A DNA stretch of 64,000 nucleotides, taken from the NCBI GenBank assembly GCA_003220225.1, contig QHRU01000049.1:21430-85429 (forward strand), in the 5' to 3' direction. Position numbers and translations under genes: made by a program. Each line of letters begins with the position of its first letter. Positions within the stretch are counted from its first letter, which is position 1. The notes under the pieces were generated by a model. The model was not told the origin of the DNA. It made no database searches and saw only the letters and a list, made by a program, of their open reading frames with translations. This stretch comes from Candidatus Rokuibacteriota bacterium (GTDB taxonomy: Bacteria; Methylomirabilota; Methylomirabilia; Rokubacteriales; CSP1-6). Positions 17,958 through 29,304 of this stretch are shown here, piece by piece.

Positions 17958-18485
17958 ATGACCGACGAGCAGACACGCCTCCGCGGCTATCTCCAGGCCC
18001 AGGGCGCCAAGCAGACGCCCACCGAGATCATCGCGAAAGTGGAGGCCGCGATGGCCGATCTCGCGACGGCGGCCCGCGCCGTGCCGTCCGCGCGCTTCGC
18101 CGAGCGGCCGGAGCCCGAGGAGTGGAGCGGCAACGAGGTGCTGGCGCACGTCGTCGCTGCCGACACGTACTTCGGCGGCGGCGTCGTGGCGATCCTCGAG
18201 AGCCGGCCGGCGCCCGCCCGCGGCGAGGGCCGCGGGATCGAGAACGCGCCGCTGCGCACGGCGGACGCGTGGCTGGAGATCCTCGGGCGGCAGCGGCGGA
18301 CGCTGTTCGAGCGCGTGCGCGCCGCGGAGCCGGCCGCGCGGCTCGACGTCACGATCGAGCACCCGTTCTTCGGCCCGCTCAACTGGCGCGAGACGCTGCT
18401 GTTCACGCGCTTGCATGACCTCGATCACGCCGGCCAGCTCGTCAAGATCGCCGCCGCGTTCGGCGCGGCTCCGCCCGTCCGATGA
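17958..18485 (+). CDS. DinB/YfiT-like metal-dependent hydrolase family protein
   Basis: Start moved to the internal ATG (MTDEQ) because the upstream part of the ORF is low-GC and non-coding-like. DinB_2-type 4-helix motifs (H...D..H). Confidence 0.65.
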   Translation: MTDEQTRLRGYLQAQGAKQTPTEIIAKVEAAMADLATAARAVPSARFAERPEPEEWSGNEVLAHVVAADTYFGGGVVAILESRPAPARGEGRGIENAPLRTADAWLEILGRQRRTLFERVRAAEPAARLDVTIEHPFFGPLNWRETLLFTRLHDLDHAGQLVKIAAAFGAAPPVR

Positions 18486-19516
18486 ACGTCGCGATCTCGC
18501 TGCGGCTGGCCACGGAGGACTGGGAGCAGGGCAGCGCCTACGTCGTCGAGGCCGAGCGGCTGGGCGCGCATTCGGTGTGGACGCCGGAGGCGTGGGGCCA
18601 CGACGCCGTCGCCCCGCTCGCCTTCCTCGCCGCGCGCACCTCGCGCATCCTGCTCGGCACCGCCATCATGCAGGCCGGCACGCGCACGCCGGCGCTGATC
18701 GCGATGACCGCGCTGAGCCTCGCGTCGATGTCCCACGGCCGCTTCCGCCTCGGGCTCGGCGTCAGCGGGCCTCAGGTCATCGAGGGCTGGCACGGCATCC
18801 GGTTCGACCGTCCCGTGCGGCGCCTGCGCGAGACCATCGAGATCGTCCGCCGCGCCACGCGCGGCGAGCGGCTCGAGTACAAGGGCGAGGTCTACCAGCT
18901 GCCGCTGCCCGGCGGCGAGGGCAAGGCGCTGCGCGTCGGCGCCACGCCGCGGCCGGACATTCCCGTCTATCTCGCGACGCTGTCCCCGCGCAGCCTCGAG
19001 ATGACGGGCGAGGTGGCCGACGGCTGGCTCGGCACGTCCTTCATGCCCGAGCACGCTCGCGTGTTCCTGGACCACCTGGCTGTCGGCGCCAAGCGCGCCG
19101 GGCGCTCGCTCGACGCGCTCGACCTGCACGTCTCGGCCGGTGTCGTCGCGTTCTCCGACGACGTCGCGCGGCTCGTCCCGCCGCGCAAGCCCGGGCTGGC
19201 GTTCAGCCTCGGCGCCATGGGCTCGCGCCGGCACAACTTCTACAACGACGCTTACCGGCGCGCGGGCTACGCGGACGTCGCCGCCGAGGTCCAGCGGCTG
19301 TGGCTCGACGGCCGGCGCGACGAGGCGACGGCGCGCGTGCCCGACGAGCTGGTGCTCAAGACCAACCTGCTCGGCACCGAGGCGATGGTGCGCGAGCGGC
19401 TGGCCCTCTACCGCCGCGCGGGAATCACGACGATTCGCGTGGAGCCGGCCGGTGAGACCCTCGACGCGCGGCTCGCCAACCTCGGGCGCCTGCTCGAGCT
19501 GGCCCGGAGCTTGTGA
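18482..19516 (+). CDS. LLM class (luciferase-like) flavin/F420-dependent oxidoreductase
   Basis: TIM-barrel LLM motifs. Start overlaps the DinB stop. Confidence 0.8.
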   Translation: MNVAISLRLATEDWEQGSAYVVEAERLGAHSVWTPEAWGHDAVAPLAFLAARTSRILLGTAIMQAGTRTPALIAMTALSLASMSHGRFRLGLGVSGPQVIEGWHGIRFDRPVRRLRETIEIVRRATRGERLEYKGEVYQLPLPGGEGKALRVGATPRPDIPVYLATLSPRSLEMTGEVADGWLGTSFMPEHARVFLDHLAVGAKRAGRSLDALDLHVSAGVVAFSDDVARLVPPRKPGLAFSLGAMGSRRHNFYNDAYRRAGYADVAAEVQRLWLDGRRDEATARVPDELVLKTNLLGTEAMVRERLALYRRAGITTIRVEPAGETLDARLANLGRLLELARSL

Positions 19517-19529
19517 GAGGAGCGACCCG

Positions 19530-20696
19530 ATGGACCTGAACTACTCCCCCGAAGAAACCGCCTTCCGCGACGAGGTCCGCGCCTGGATCGGCGCAAATCT
19601 GGCGGCCGACGTCCGTGACAAGGTCCTGAACTACCGTGAGCTGTCGAAGGACGACCTGCTCGGCTGGCACAAGAAGCTCGCGACGAAGGGGTGGGTGGCG
19701 CCCGGCTGGCCGAAGGAGTGGGGCGGCACCGACTGGACCGTCGTGCAGCGCTACATCTTCGAGGAGGAGTGCGGCGCCGCCGGCTGTCCGCCGATCGTGC
19801 CGTTCGGCGTGCGCATGTGCGCCCCCGTGCTCCTGCGCTTCGGCACCGACGCCCAGAAGCAGCGGTTCCTGCCGCGCATGTACAACGGCGAGGACTTCTG
19901 GGTGCAGGGCTACTCCGAGCCCGGCGCGGGCTCCGACCTCGCGTCGCTCAAGACACGCGCCGTGCGCGACGGCGACCATTACGTCGTCACCGGCCAGAAG
20001 ATCTGGACCACCCTCGGCCACTACGGCGACTGGATCTTCTGCCTCGTCCGCACCGACCCGAAGACCGAGAAGCGGCAGGACGGCATCTCGTTCCTCCTGA
20101 TCGACATGACGACGCCGGGCATCACCGTGCGGCCGATCGTCCTGCTGGACCAGAGCCGCGAGGTGAACGAGGTCTTCTTCGACGAGGTGAGGGTGCCGGC
20201 CGAGAACCTGGTGCACGAAGAAAACAAAGGATGGACCGTCGCAAAATTCCTGCTGGGTTACGAGCGCATGGGCACCGGCAACATCGCCGTGTCCAAGCGC
20301 GAGCTGGCGCGTGTCAAGGAGCTGGCCGCGCGAGCCGGCCTGCTGGACGACCCGCGCTTTGCCGACCGCCTGACCCGGGTCGAGGTCGAGCTGATGGCTC
20401 TCGAGATCACCAACCTCCGCTTCCTCGATCAGCTGCGCGGCGGCCGGCCACCCGGCGCCGAGGTCTCGCTGCTGAAGATCAAGGGGACCGAGATCCAGCA
20501 GGCGCTCACCGAGCTGATGCTGCAGACGGCGGGACCGCTGGCGCAGGCCTTCCGGCCGCTGGAGGCGCGCGCCGGCTTCGACGCCTTCACCGCCTCGCTC
20601 ATGCCGCGCTACTGCAACGTGCGCAAGGCCACGATCTACGCCGGGTCGAACGAGATCCAGCGCAACATCATCGCCAAGGCGACGCTCGGCCTCTAG
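19530..20696 (+). CDS. acyl-CoA dehydrogenase family protein
   Basis: ACAD N, middle and C-terminal domains (GWTVAKFLLGYER, YAGSNEIQRNIIA). Confidence 0.85.
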   Translation: MDLNYSPEETAFRDEVRAWIGANLAADVRDKVLNYRELSKDDLLGWHKKLATKGWVAPGWPKEWGGTDWTVVQRYIFEEECGAAGCPPIVPFGVRMCAPVLLRFGTDAQKQRFLPRMYNGEDFWVQGYSEPGAGSDLASLKTRAVRDGDHYVVTGQKIWTTLGHYGDWIFCLVRTDPKTEKRQDGISFLLIDMTTPGITVRPIVLLDQSREVNEVFFDEVRVPAENLVHEENKGWTVAKFLLGYERMGTGNIAVSKRELARVKELAARAGLLDDPRFADRLTRVEVELMALEITNLRFLDQLRGGRPPGAEVSLLKIKGTEIQQALTELMLQTAGPLAQAFRPLEARAGFDAFTASLMPRYCNVRKATIYAGSNEIQRNIIAKATLGL

Positions 20697-20708
20697 GCGG
20701 AGGAGAAC

Positions 20709-21847
<1,139 letters not shown>

Positions 21848-21851
<4 letters not shown>

Positions 21852-22460
21852 CGCGACATCCGGCCGGATAGATCCTTGATCTGTCCGGCGCGGAGAATCG
21901 TGACCGTGAGCGTCGCGCCGGGACCCAGGCGTCGCAGCTCGTCGCGGATCTTCTCGTAGCTGGCGAGATAGCCGACGGGGATGAAGCCGAGCCCCTCGCT
22001 GCCGCCCGACTTCGAGATGTTGTGGCTCACGATGCCGATGACCTCGCCCGCGATGTCGAACATCGGACCACCGGAGTTGCCCTGGTTGATCGTCGCGGTC
22101 GTCTGGAAGAAGTCCGCGAGCGGCATCTGCTTGTACACGGTGTTGGCGCCCCAGCGGGCGCTGATCCAACCGACGCTCATCGAGTAGACGAGCCCATACG
22201 GCGCGCCGACGACGATGACCTGATCGCCGACGCGCACCGCGTCGTCCGACGAGATCAGGACGCCGGAGCCGACTTCCTTGACGACCTGCGCGCCGCCTCC
22301 CGTCGTCGCGTCACGCCCCGTGGCCCGAATGACGACGACCGACGGCTGGACCCTTCGAAACACGTCGCCGACCGTTTGTGCCGAGAGGCGCGGCGCCGGT
22401 GCGACCACCACCGCCACGACCATCGACGCCGCCAGCAGGGACGCGCGCACGCGCGTCACA
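21848..22460 (-). CDS. trypsin-like (S1C/DegP-type) peptidase domain protein, short, with signal peptide and no PDZ
   Basis: GTG start overlapping the upstream gene's stop. Signal peptide. GNSGGP serine motif. No obvious catalytic His, so possibly inactive. Confidence 0.5.
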
Positions 22461-24843
22461 CGGCCGCGGCGACGGGCTCCGGCACGCGCAGGCGATAGAC
22501 GCGCACCGGCTCCTCGACGTTGCGCAGCGGCACCTCGCCGAGGTCCTCGAGGCCGATCCGCGACGGCAGGCGCGCCGTCGTCGCCTCGCCGAGGTGGATG
22601 GCGTCGTCGCCCAGGGCGGCCAGCCGCGCGGCGACGTTGGTGACCGGCCCCGAGGCCGTGTAGGTCCAGCGCGTGCCGGCCGTGCCCTCGATCTTGGTCG
22701 CGCCGACCGCCGCCCGGCCGGAGTTCACGCCGACGTGCAGCGCGATCGGCTCGTCCAGCGGCTCGGCCGCGTTGATCTCGCGCGCGCGCCGCAGGAGGGC
22801 CAGCCCGGTGGTCACCGCGGAGCGGGCGTGGCGCCGGGGATCGGCGTCCTGGAAGATCACCATGAGCCCGTCGCCCGCCGTCTCGTTGACGTCGCCGCCA
22901 TTTTTCAGAATTTCGTCGAGGAAGGCGCCGAAGTAGCGCTCCACGAGCCGATCCACCGTGGCCGCGTCCAGGCGGCCGGCCAGCCGCGTGTAGCCGGCGA
23001 TGTCGACGAAGAGCACGGAGACGTCCGTCTCCCGCTTGGCGAGCTCCGGCGCGTCCGGCGCCTGCTCGATCAGCCGCTGCACGGTGCGCGGCACGAACTT
23101 CGACAGGCCCGCGCGGATCGACTCGAGGATCTGCACGCGGCGCAGGGCCGCCTGCAGCGCGTGGTAGGCGCGCGCGTGCTCGAGCGCCACCGCGCTCTGG
23201 GTGGCCACGATCTTGAGGATGCGCAGGTTCTCGGAGGTGTAGGGCAGGTCGCGCCGGCGCGGTCCGAGCACCAGCAGCGCGGTGAGCCGCTCGCGGAAGA
23301 CGACCGGCACCGCGACGTCGGCATCCAGCGCGTCGAGGTCGGCGAGACACGCCTGGCGGATGTCCTCCAGCTCCGGGTCGGCCAGCAGCGTCTCGCGCGA
23401 CAGCGGCTCGCGCCGGCCGGCCAGGCACGTGGCGAGCACGGCCTGGGCCGCGAGCCCGTCGCCGCCCCCCACGCGTCGGAACGCGCCGCGCTCGTCATCG
23501 GCGAGCAACAGCGTCACGCGCTCGGGATGCAGGATCCCGTCGACGGTGCCCCCGATCAGCGCGGCCAGGCGATCGAGCTCGAGGGTCGTGGTCATGGCGT
23601 CGGCCAGCCGCGCGAGCGCCTGCCCGGAGTCGTAGCGGGCCCGGAAGAAGAGCCGGTCGAGCAGCGCCTGCGTCCGCGCGTAGACGCGGTTCACCACGAG
23701 CACGACGATGAAGGCCACGAGCAGCGGCGCCACCACGCCCGACATGGCGAGGTCGAGCCGCGCGAAGAGCACGTTGAGCGAGGTCAGCAGGCCGGCGTAG
23801 CCGAGCGCCACCATGGCGGTGACCACCGAGTACACCGTGCCCGCGCGCACCACCGCGCGGATGTCGAAGAGCTGGTAGCGCACGATCGCGTACGCGACCG
23901 CCAGCGGAAACACGAACGCCAGCCGCCACACGTCGGCCAGGAATGGGATCTGCTCGTGGAGGACGACCTCGAGCGTCGTGCCGATGACGGGCACGAGGTA
24001 GCCGATGCCGAAGCCGGCGAGCAGCACGCGCGCCCGCTGGCGGATGAGCGGCGTCGAGCCGGTGCGCGCCGTGCTGCCGAGACCGACGAGCAGCTCGACC
24101 AGCGCGACCGTCCAGTAGATCGCGATCAGGCCGGCGGTGGCCGTCCAGGAGTCGCGCGACATCGGCGCCTGCAGCCAGAGCCAGAGCGCCGCTGACATGG
24201 CGTACGGCACCCACACCACTCGGGGCCAGCGCCGCGCCACGGCGGTGCGCTCGGGGAACACGAGCGCCAGGTGGGCGAACAGCGCGGGCCAGAACGTCCA
24301 CGCGAACAAGAACAGCTCGGTGAAGCGGTGCGTGCCCGAGAGGTCCCAGGAGCCGACGTTGACGACGACGGCGGTGAGACAGAAGGCGAGGAACAGCCGA
24401 GTGGTCGGGGCCCCGGGCCGCAGGAGCGCGACGAGGGCGCCGAGCCCGAGGACGAGGATACCGGACAGCAGGTTGTCGACGACGAAGTGCTTGAACGTCC
24501 GCAGCGTCATCTCGCGGCTGACGATCTCCTCCTCGACGAGCGACCCGCCGCGCACGAGGAGGTAGCGCAGCTTGGTGCCGGCGGGATAGCGCTCGACTTC
24601 GTGCTGCAGCTCGCGACAGGAGCTGACGAGGTGGCCGTTCACGGCGCGCACGAGGTCGAACGGCTCCACGGCCGTGCGCTGTCTGCCGCCGACGCCGACG
24701 AGGAGATTCTCCATCACCGGGAAGCCCGTCCACGGCTTGCCGATCCTGCGCCAGGCGTCGCGCGTCACGACGCCCATGAAGAGGACGGCGAGCACGATGA
24801 GCACAACGTAGGCAGACTTTTCGAGCCGCGTGCAGCGAGGCAT
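22456..24843 (-). CDS. membrane-bound class III adenylate/guanylate cyclase with N-terminal PDZ-like, 7TM and GAF regions
   Basis: C-terminal cyclase homology domain (FVDIAGYT...ETAGDGLM...). Upstream GAF-like segment. Multiple TM helices. Confidence 0.8.
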   Translation of the reverse strand: MPRCTRLEKSAYVVLIVLAVLFMGVVTRDAWRRIGKPWTGFPVMENLLVGVGGRQRTAVEPFDLVRAVNGHLVSSCRELQHEVERYPAGTKLRYLLVRGGSLVEEEIVSREMTLRTFKHFVVDNLLSGILVLGLGALVALLRPGAPTTRLFLAFCLTAVVVNVGSWDLSGTHRFTELFLFAWTFWPALFAHLALVFPERTAVARRWPRVVWVPYAMSAALWLWLQAPMSRDSWTATAGLIAIYWTVALVELLVGLGSTARTGSTPLIRQRARVLLAGFGIGYLVPVIGTTLEVVLHEQIPFLADVWRLAFVFPLAVAYAIVRYQLFDIRAVVRAGTVYSVVTAMVALGYAGLLTSLNVLFARLDLAMSGVVAPLLVAFIVVLVVNRVYARTQALLDRLFFRARYDSGQALARLADAMTTTLELDRLAALIGGTVDGILHPERVTLLLADDERGAFRRVGGGDGLAAQAVLATCLAGRREPLSRETLLADPELEDIRQACLADLDALDADVAVPVVFRERLTALLVLGPRRRDLPYTSENLRILKIVATQSAVALEHARAYHALQAALRRVQILESIRAGLSKFVPRTVQRLIEQAPDAPELAKRETDVSVLFVDIAGYTRLAGRLDAATVDRLVERYFGAFLDEILKNGGDVNETAGDGLMVIFQDADPRRHARSAVTTGLALLRRAREINAAEPLDEPIALHVGVNSGRAAVGATKIEGTAGTRWTYTASGPVTNVAARLAALGDDAIHLGEATTARLPSRIGLEDLGEVPLRNVEEPVRVYRLRVPEPVAAAV

Positions 24844-24881
24844 CGTCCGAGTTTACCCCAGACCGCCGCGGCGTCGAGCGC

Positions 24882-26123
24882 TCAGGCGCGCCCGACGAGG
24901 GGGCCGAAGCGCGCGAGCAGCTCGGTCTCCGAGAGGTTGCCGGCCTTGGCGAGGGCGGCCAGCGCTTCGGGGTTGGTGAAGTCCTCGGGCTTGAGGCGGA
25001 TCATGTAGGCGGACAGCGTCTGGTACATCTCGGACTCGACGTCCACGTAGCGCACGCGCACCTTGCCGGTCTTGGGATCGACCATGAGGCCGAAGGGAAT
25101 GGGCACGAGGCGGCCGGCCTGGATCGTCACCATCGCGCTGCTGCCGCCCTCGAGCAGGAAGCGCACCGCCCAGTAGCCGAGGCTGCGGCAGTACGAGATG
25201 TCGGTCGCGCCCGGCGGCGCGCAGCGCAGCTCGTAGCCCATGTCCTTGGCCACGATGGTCACGTCCACGCCGCGGCTCTTGAGGCTCGCCGTCACGCGGT
25301 CCTTGAGCACGTGGCCGATGTCCAGCTCGGCGAGCCGCACGTTGCCGTAGGCGTCGCGCTCGACGTTGCCGAGCGTGGCGAGGTCGAGCTTCTCCCCGAG
25401 CCCCTCGGAGAGGATCGCCACGCCGTGCTCGCGGCCCTGCACGCGCCGCTTGATGATGGCGCCCTCCAGCGTGTCGGCGAGGCGGTCCAGCGAGATCTGC
25501 GGCTCGGGGAACTCCTCGGCGATGAGCGTGAGCGTGGCCGCCGCCGAGCCGCCGATGCCGAGCGCCAGGTGGCCGGCGTGGCGGCCCATGACCGTGATGA
25601 AGAACCACCGCTCGGTGGTCTGCGCGTCCTGCATCAGGTTCCGGACGAGCTCCTTGCCGAGGTTGCAAGCGGTGGGAAAGCCGAAGGTGACGATGTCACC
25701 GGGCAGGGGCAGGTCGTTGTCGATCGTCTTGGGCACGTGGGCCACCGTGAGCCCGGGCACCGTCTTGGCCAGCCGCGAGGCGGAGTACGCCGTGTCGTCG
25801 CCGCCGATGGTGATGAGATGGTTCACGCCCAGCCGCTGGAGCGCGTCGCCGACCTGGTGGATGGCCTCCGCGGACTTGCTGGGGTTGGTGCGCGAGGTGC
25901 GGATGATGGAGCCGCCGTCGAAGTGGATGCGCGAGGTGTCGTTGATCTCGAGATCCACCACGTGCTGCGTGTCGCCCTGCACGAGCCACTTGAAGCCGTC
26001 GTAGCAGCCGAGCACGCGCAGCCCGTGGTTGCGCGCCTCGATGGTGGCGGCGGCGAGGACGGCGTTGATGCCCGGCGCGGGGCCGCCGCCGACGAGGATG
26101 GCCAGCGTCTTGTTCGCGCTCAC
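24882..26123 (-). CDS. pfk: 6-phosphofructokinase (group III, PPi- or ATP-dependent PFK)
   Basis: Motifs GGGPAPGINAV, GGDDT, MGRHAGHLAL and TIDNDL. Confidence 0.85.
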   Translation of the reverse strand: MSANKTLAILVGGGPAPGINAVLAAATIEARNHGLRVLGCYDGFKWLVQGDTQHVVDLEINDTSRIHFDGGSIIRTSRTNPSKSAEAIHQVGDALQRLGVNHLITIGGDDTAYSASRLAKTVPGLTVAHVPKTIDNDLPLPGDIVTFGFPTACNLGKELVRNLMQDAQTTERWFFITVMGRHAGHLALGIGGSAAATLTLIAEEFPEPQISLDRLADTLEGAIIKRRVQGREHGVAILSEGLGEKLDLATLGNVERDAYGNVRLAELDIGHVLKDRVTASLKSRGVDVTIVAKDMGYELRCAPPGATDISYCRSLGYWAVRFLLEGGSSAMVTIQAGRLVPIPFGLMVDPKTGKVRVRYVDVESEMYQTLSAYMIRLKPEDFTNPEALAALAKAGNLSETELLARFGPLVGRA

Positions 26124-26126
26124 CGC

Positions 26127-27188
26127 TCAGCGCACCTCGCCGCGCGCGGCCACCGGCCACACCGTCTCGACCTTGCCGTCGCGGACGCCGTAGACCTCGT
26201 CGACCATGTTGCTCACCACGCAGCAGTGGTTCGGCACGACCTCCACCACCTCGCCGATGGCCGGGCGCGCGCGGCACGCCGAGAGGTCCACGACGCCGTG
26301 CTCCTCGGAGAGGTTCACGACCGCGGCCTCCGGGTACTCGAGCAGGTGGCCGTAGCCGGTCACCGTGTAGAGGTCGGACGTGAAGACCTTGGTGCCCGCG
26401 TCGAGGATCGCGCGGTCGCGCGTCGGCGTGCTCACCACCGTGCAGCGCACGCGCATCGCGCAGTCGTCCCAGGTGGCGGTGCCGGAGGCCACCACCATGC
26501 GGTCGTTGTAGATGTAGGTGCCGGCGCGGTGCTCGGTGAGCTGGGGAATGTTCTGCGCGGCGAAGATCGCGGGCGTGCCCCCGCCCGAGACGACGGGCAC
26601 GGGGACGCCCGCGCGCTTGAACAGCTCGAGCGCGCGCTCCAGGAACTGGCGCGTGCCGGGCTCGCGGTTGGGGAAGGTCATGAGGCCCTCGAAGCGCAGG
26701 CCGCCCAGCCGCATGGCGGTTCGAGCCAGCTCGAGCGCCGCCTCTGGGGTCTGGACGCCGTTGCGCCCGAAGCCCGTGTCGCACTCGACGAGGAACGGGA
26801 TCTCGGTCCCCGCCGCGCGCGCCGCCTCACCGAGGCCGCGGGCGACGACCTCGTTGTCGAACACGACGGCCAGCCGCGCGAGCCGCCGCGCCAGCGCCAG
26901 CAGCCGCTCGCTCTTGGCGCGCCCGAGGACGTTGAAGGTCAGCAGCACGTCGTCGGCGACGCCGGCCTCGGTGAACACCTCGACCTCGCCGAGCTTCTGG
27001 CAGGTGATGCCCTGAGCACCGGCGGCCATCTGCATCCGGCCCAGGGCGGGAATCTTGTGCGTCTTCACGTGCGGCCGGTTGGCGATGCCGTGGCGGGCCA
27101 GGTGGTCGTGCACGCGGCGGATGTTGCGCTCCACGATGTCCAGGCGCACGGTCACCGCGGGCGTGTCGAGGTCGGTCACGAGGGCCAC
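26127..27188 (-). CDS. alanine racemase N-terminal domain protein, D-threonine aldolase / D-serine deaminase-like (DSD1 family)
   Basis: PLP-lysine region HVKTHK and fold-type III motifs. Confidence 0.68.
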   Translation of the reverse strand: MALVTDLDTPAVTVRLDIVERNIRRVHDHLARHGIANRPHVKTHKIPALGRMQMAAGAQGITCQKLGEVEVFTEAGVADDVLLTFNVLGRAKSERLLALARRLARLAVVFDNEVVARGLGEAARAAGTEIPFLVECDTGFGRNGVQTPEAALELARTAMRLGGLRFEGLMTFPNREPGTRQFLERALELFKRAGVPVPVVSGGGTPAIFAAQNIPQLTEHRAGTYIYNDRMVVASGTATWDDCAMRVRCTVVSTPTRDRAILDAGTKVFTSDLYTVTGYGHLLEYPEAAVVNLSEEHGVVDLSACRARPAIGEVVEVVPNHCCVVSNMVDEVYGVRDGKVETVWPVAARGEVR

Positions 27189-27237
27189 CGGATGAGTGAA
27201 ACACGGCCGCGCGGCGGCGACAAGCGCCGCGCGCGGC

Positions 27238-28296
27238 TCAGCGGGACGTGCCGGCGTCCGCCGCGCTGGATGCCTTGAGATCGAGCATGGGCGGCAGGTC
27301 GGCCGGCCAGTCCTGCGAGAGCTTGAGTCGGGCGAGGCTGTTCATCCGATCCAGGATCTCGGCGATACGCGCGATCGCCTCGCGGGACGCGTCGAGGCGC
27401 GGCTTCGTCTCCGGCGCCGCCGTGCGGGCGATGAGGTCGAGCTGGCCGTAGATGACGGCCAGCGGATTGTTGATCTCGTGGGCGGCGGCGTGGGCGAGGC
27501 TCGCCACGTGCTGCTGCAGCTCGGCCTGGCGCCGTGCCTCCTCCATCCGGCGGCGGTCGGTGATGTCGCGCGTGAAACCGCGCGTGCGCACGAAGTGGCC
27601 GTCCTCCCAGAGGGCGTTGGACGAGATCAGGACGTCCTTGATCGAGCCGTCCCTGGCGCGCATCCGCGCCTCCCAGGCGTCCACCGTCTCGCCGCGGCCG
27701 AGCCGCGCCAGGATCTCGGTGACCAGCTCGGGGTCGACGTGGAACTCGGCGATGTGATGCCCGACGTACTCCTCCACCGCGTAGCCGAGGAGATCCAGCT
27801 CGGCCTGGTTGGCGCGCAGGATGGTGCCGTCGGCCCCGATCCAGTGCAGGCCGATGACGGCGTTCTCGAAGAGCTCGGTCTCGGCGTTCTCGAAGAACTC
27901 GGCCAGCGTGCGCTCGCTGCGGAGCAGCGCCGCCTCGGCGTGTGCGCGCCTGGTGATGTCGAGCGCCACACCCAGCACCCCCACGATCCCCGCGCTGCCG
28001 GCCCGCCACGGCTCGACGTGGACCTGATAGACACGGCCCTCGTGGCGCAGCTCGTACACGGCGGGCACGCCGTCCAGCGCCGCGCGGTGGGCGGCCAGCG
28101 TCGGATCATCGGGGTCGCGCGTGCCGAGATAGTCGCTGAGCGACAGACCCACGACCTCGTCGGCGCCCAGCCCCAGCGCGACGAGGCCGGCGCCGCGCGC
28201 GTAGTGGAAGCACAGGTCCCGATCGGTGGCCCACACGATCGCCGGCAGCTGTTCGAGCAGCAGCCGGAAGTCGATCTCCTTCAGAGCGTCCATCAC
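27238..28296 (-). CDS. tandem-PAS sensor protein with C-terminal HisKA (DHp) domain but no HATPase_c domain (paralog of 4331-5653)
   Basis: Two PAS regions. H-box AAHEINNPLAVIYGQLDLI. About 70 aa after the H-box and ending with the same ...DLPPMLDLKASS tail as the GAF paralog. Confidence 0.7.
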   Translation of the reverse strand: MMDALKEIDFRLLLEQLPAIVWATDRDLCFHYARGAGLVALGLGADEVVGLSLSDYLGTRDPDDPTLAAHRAALDGVPAVYELRHEGRVYQVHVEPWRAGSAGIVGVLGVALDITRRAHAEAALLRSERTLAEFFENAETELFENAVIGLHWIGADGTILRANQAELDLLGYAVEEYVGHHIAEFHVDPELVTEILARLGRGETVDAWEARMRARDGSIKDVLISSNALWEDGHFVRTRGFTRDITDRRRMEEARRQAELQQHVASLAHAAAHEINNPLAVIYGQLDLIARTAAPETKPRLDASREAIARIAEILDRMNSLARLKLSQDWPADLPPMLDLKASSAADAGTSR

Positions 28297-28397
28297 TCGA
28301 ACTACACCATCGGACCCGCGCTTCGGGAAGACGGAAAATTATTTCCCAGTTTCGCCACGGGCTGTCAGGCCACGGGTTTCTCAAACTCGGCGGGGGG

Positions 28398-28892
28398 TTA
28401 GAAATAGGCGATCAGACGCCCGCACGCGATGACGCCCACCCAGAGCCCGATCGAGAGCACGCCGTTGACGCGCGCGGCCATGGGGGCGCGGATCTCGGTG
28501 TCCCAGTCGCCCACGGTGCGGAACGGCCAGCGATGGAAGATGCCCGCGTTCAGGAACGCGGCCACGAGCAGGACGAGCTTGAGGCGCAGGGCGGGGTTCG
28601 TCGCCATCTCGGTCGCGTGGGCGGTGAACATGAGGGCGCCGGTGGGGACGACGAGCAGCAGGCTGAAGCGCGCCCACGGCAGCAGGTGACGCTCGAGCGC
28701 GCTGACGGCGAGCGGCCGCGAGCGGCCCAGCAGGCGCGCGTCGAACATGAGGGCGGCGCCGACGAGCGTCACGAAGCCGACGATGTGGACGATCTCGACG
28801 GCCGGGTAGAGCCACGTCCACTGCCGCATGGCGACCGCCGCCGCGGAAGTCTCCAGCCAGACCAGCCAGGCGGGGCCGCTGGGCGGGTGCAT
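28398..28892 (-). CDS. hypothetical membrane protein (4 TM)
   Basis: Hydrophobic ORF with GC3 bias. Paired with the upstream secreted protein. Confidence 0.5.
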   Translation of the reverse strand: MHPPSGPAWLVWLETSAAAVAMRQWTWLYPAVEIVHIVGFVTLVGAALMFDARLLGRSRPLAVSALERHLLPWARFSLLLVVPTGALMFTAHATEMATNPALRLKLVLLVAAFLNAGIFHRWPFRTVGDWDTEIRAPMAARVNGVLSIGLWVGVIACGRLIAYF

Positions 28893-28914
28893 CAGCCACC
28901 GCTCGGCGGGCGAC

Positions 28915-29268
28915 TCAACGCAGCTCGGTGGTCTTGTCGCCGATGGTGATGCGCTCGGCGCGCATCTCGCCCGGATCCGAGCGGTTGGGATAGCCGACCA
29001 CGCTCGCTTTCGTGCCGGCCTTGAGCATGTCGCGCGGCAGCCCGCGGTTTTCCATCCGGGACGGCGGCGCGAGCACCACGAGCCACGTCTTGTCCGGCGT
29101 CTCGAGCTTCACGTAGCCGTGCGGATGCTCGTAGCCGGCCTCGCGGATGACGCCGCTGAGGCTCAGGACCCGGCTCGCGTCGTAGCCGCTCCAGCCGTGG
29201 TGGGCGAGGGCGGCGGCGGGGGCCAGTACGAGCAACGTCGACACGGCGATTAGCGTGCGCGATCTCAT
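28915..29268 (-). CDS. hypothetical secreted protein (signal peptide, HHGW motif)
   Basis: Signal peptide LVLAPAAALA/HHGWSGYD. About 90 aa mature. Lies upstream of the membrane protein on the same strand. Confidence 0.5.
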   Translation of the reverse strand: MRSRTLIAVSTLLVLAPAAALAHHGWSGYDASRVLSLSGVIREAGYEHPHGYVKLETPDKTWLVVLAPPSRMENRGLPRDMLKAGTKASVVGYPNRSDPGEMRAERITIGDKTTELR

Positions 29269-29304
29269 CGTCGTCCTCCCGGGTGCTCCATTATGGCCGC
29301 GCGC

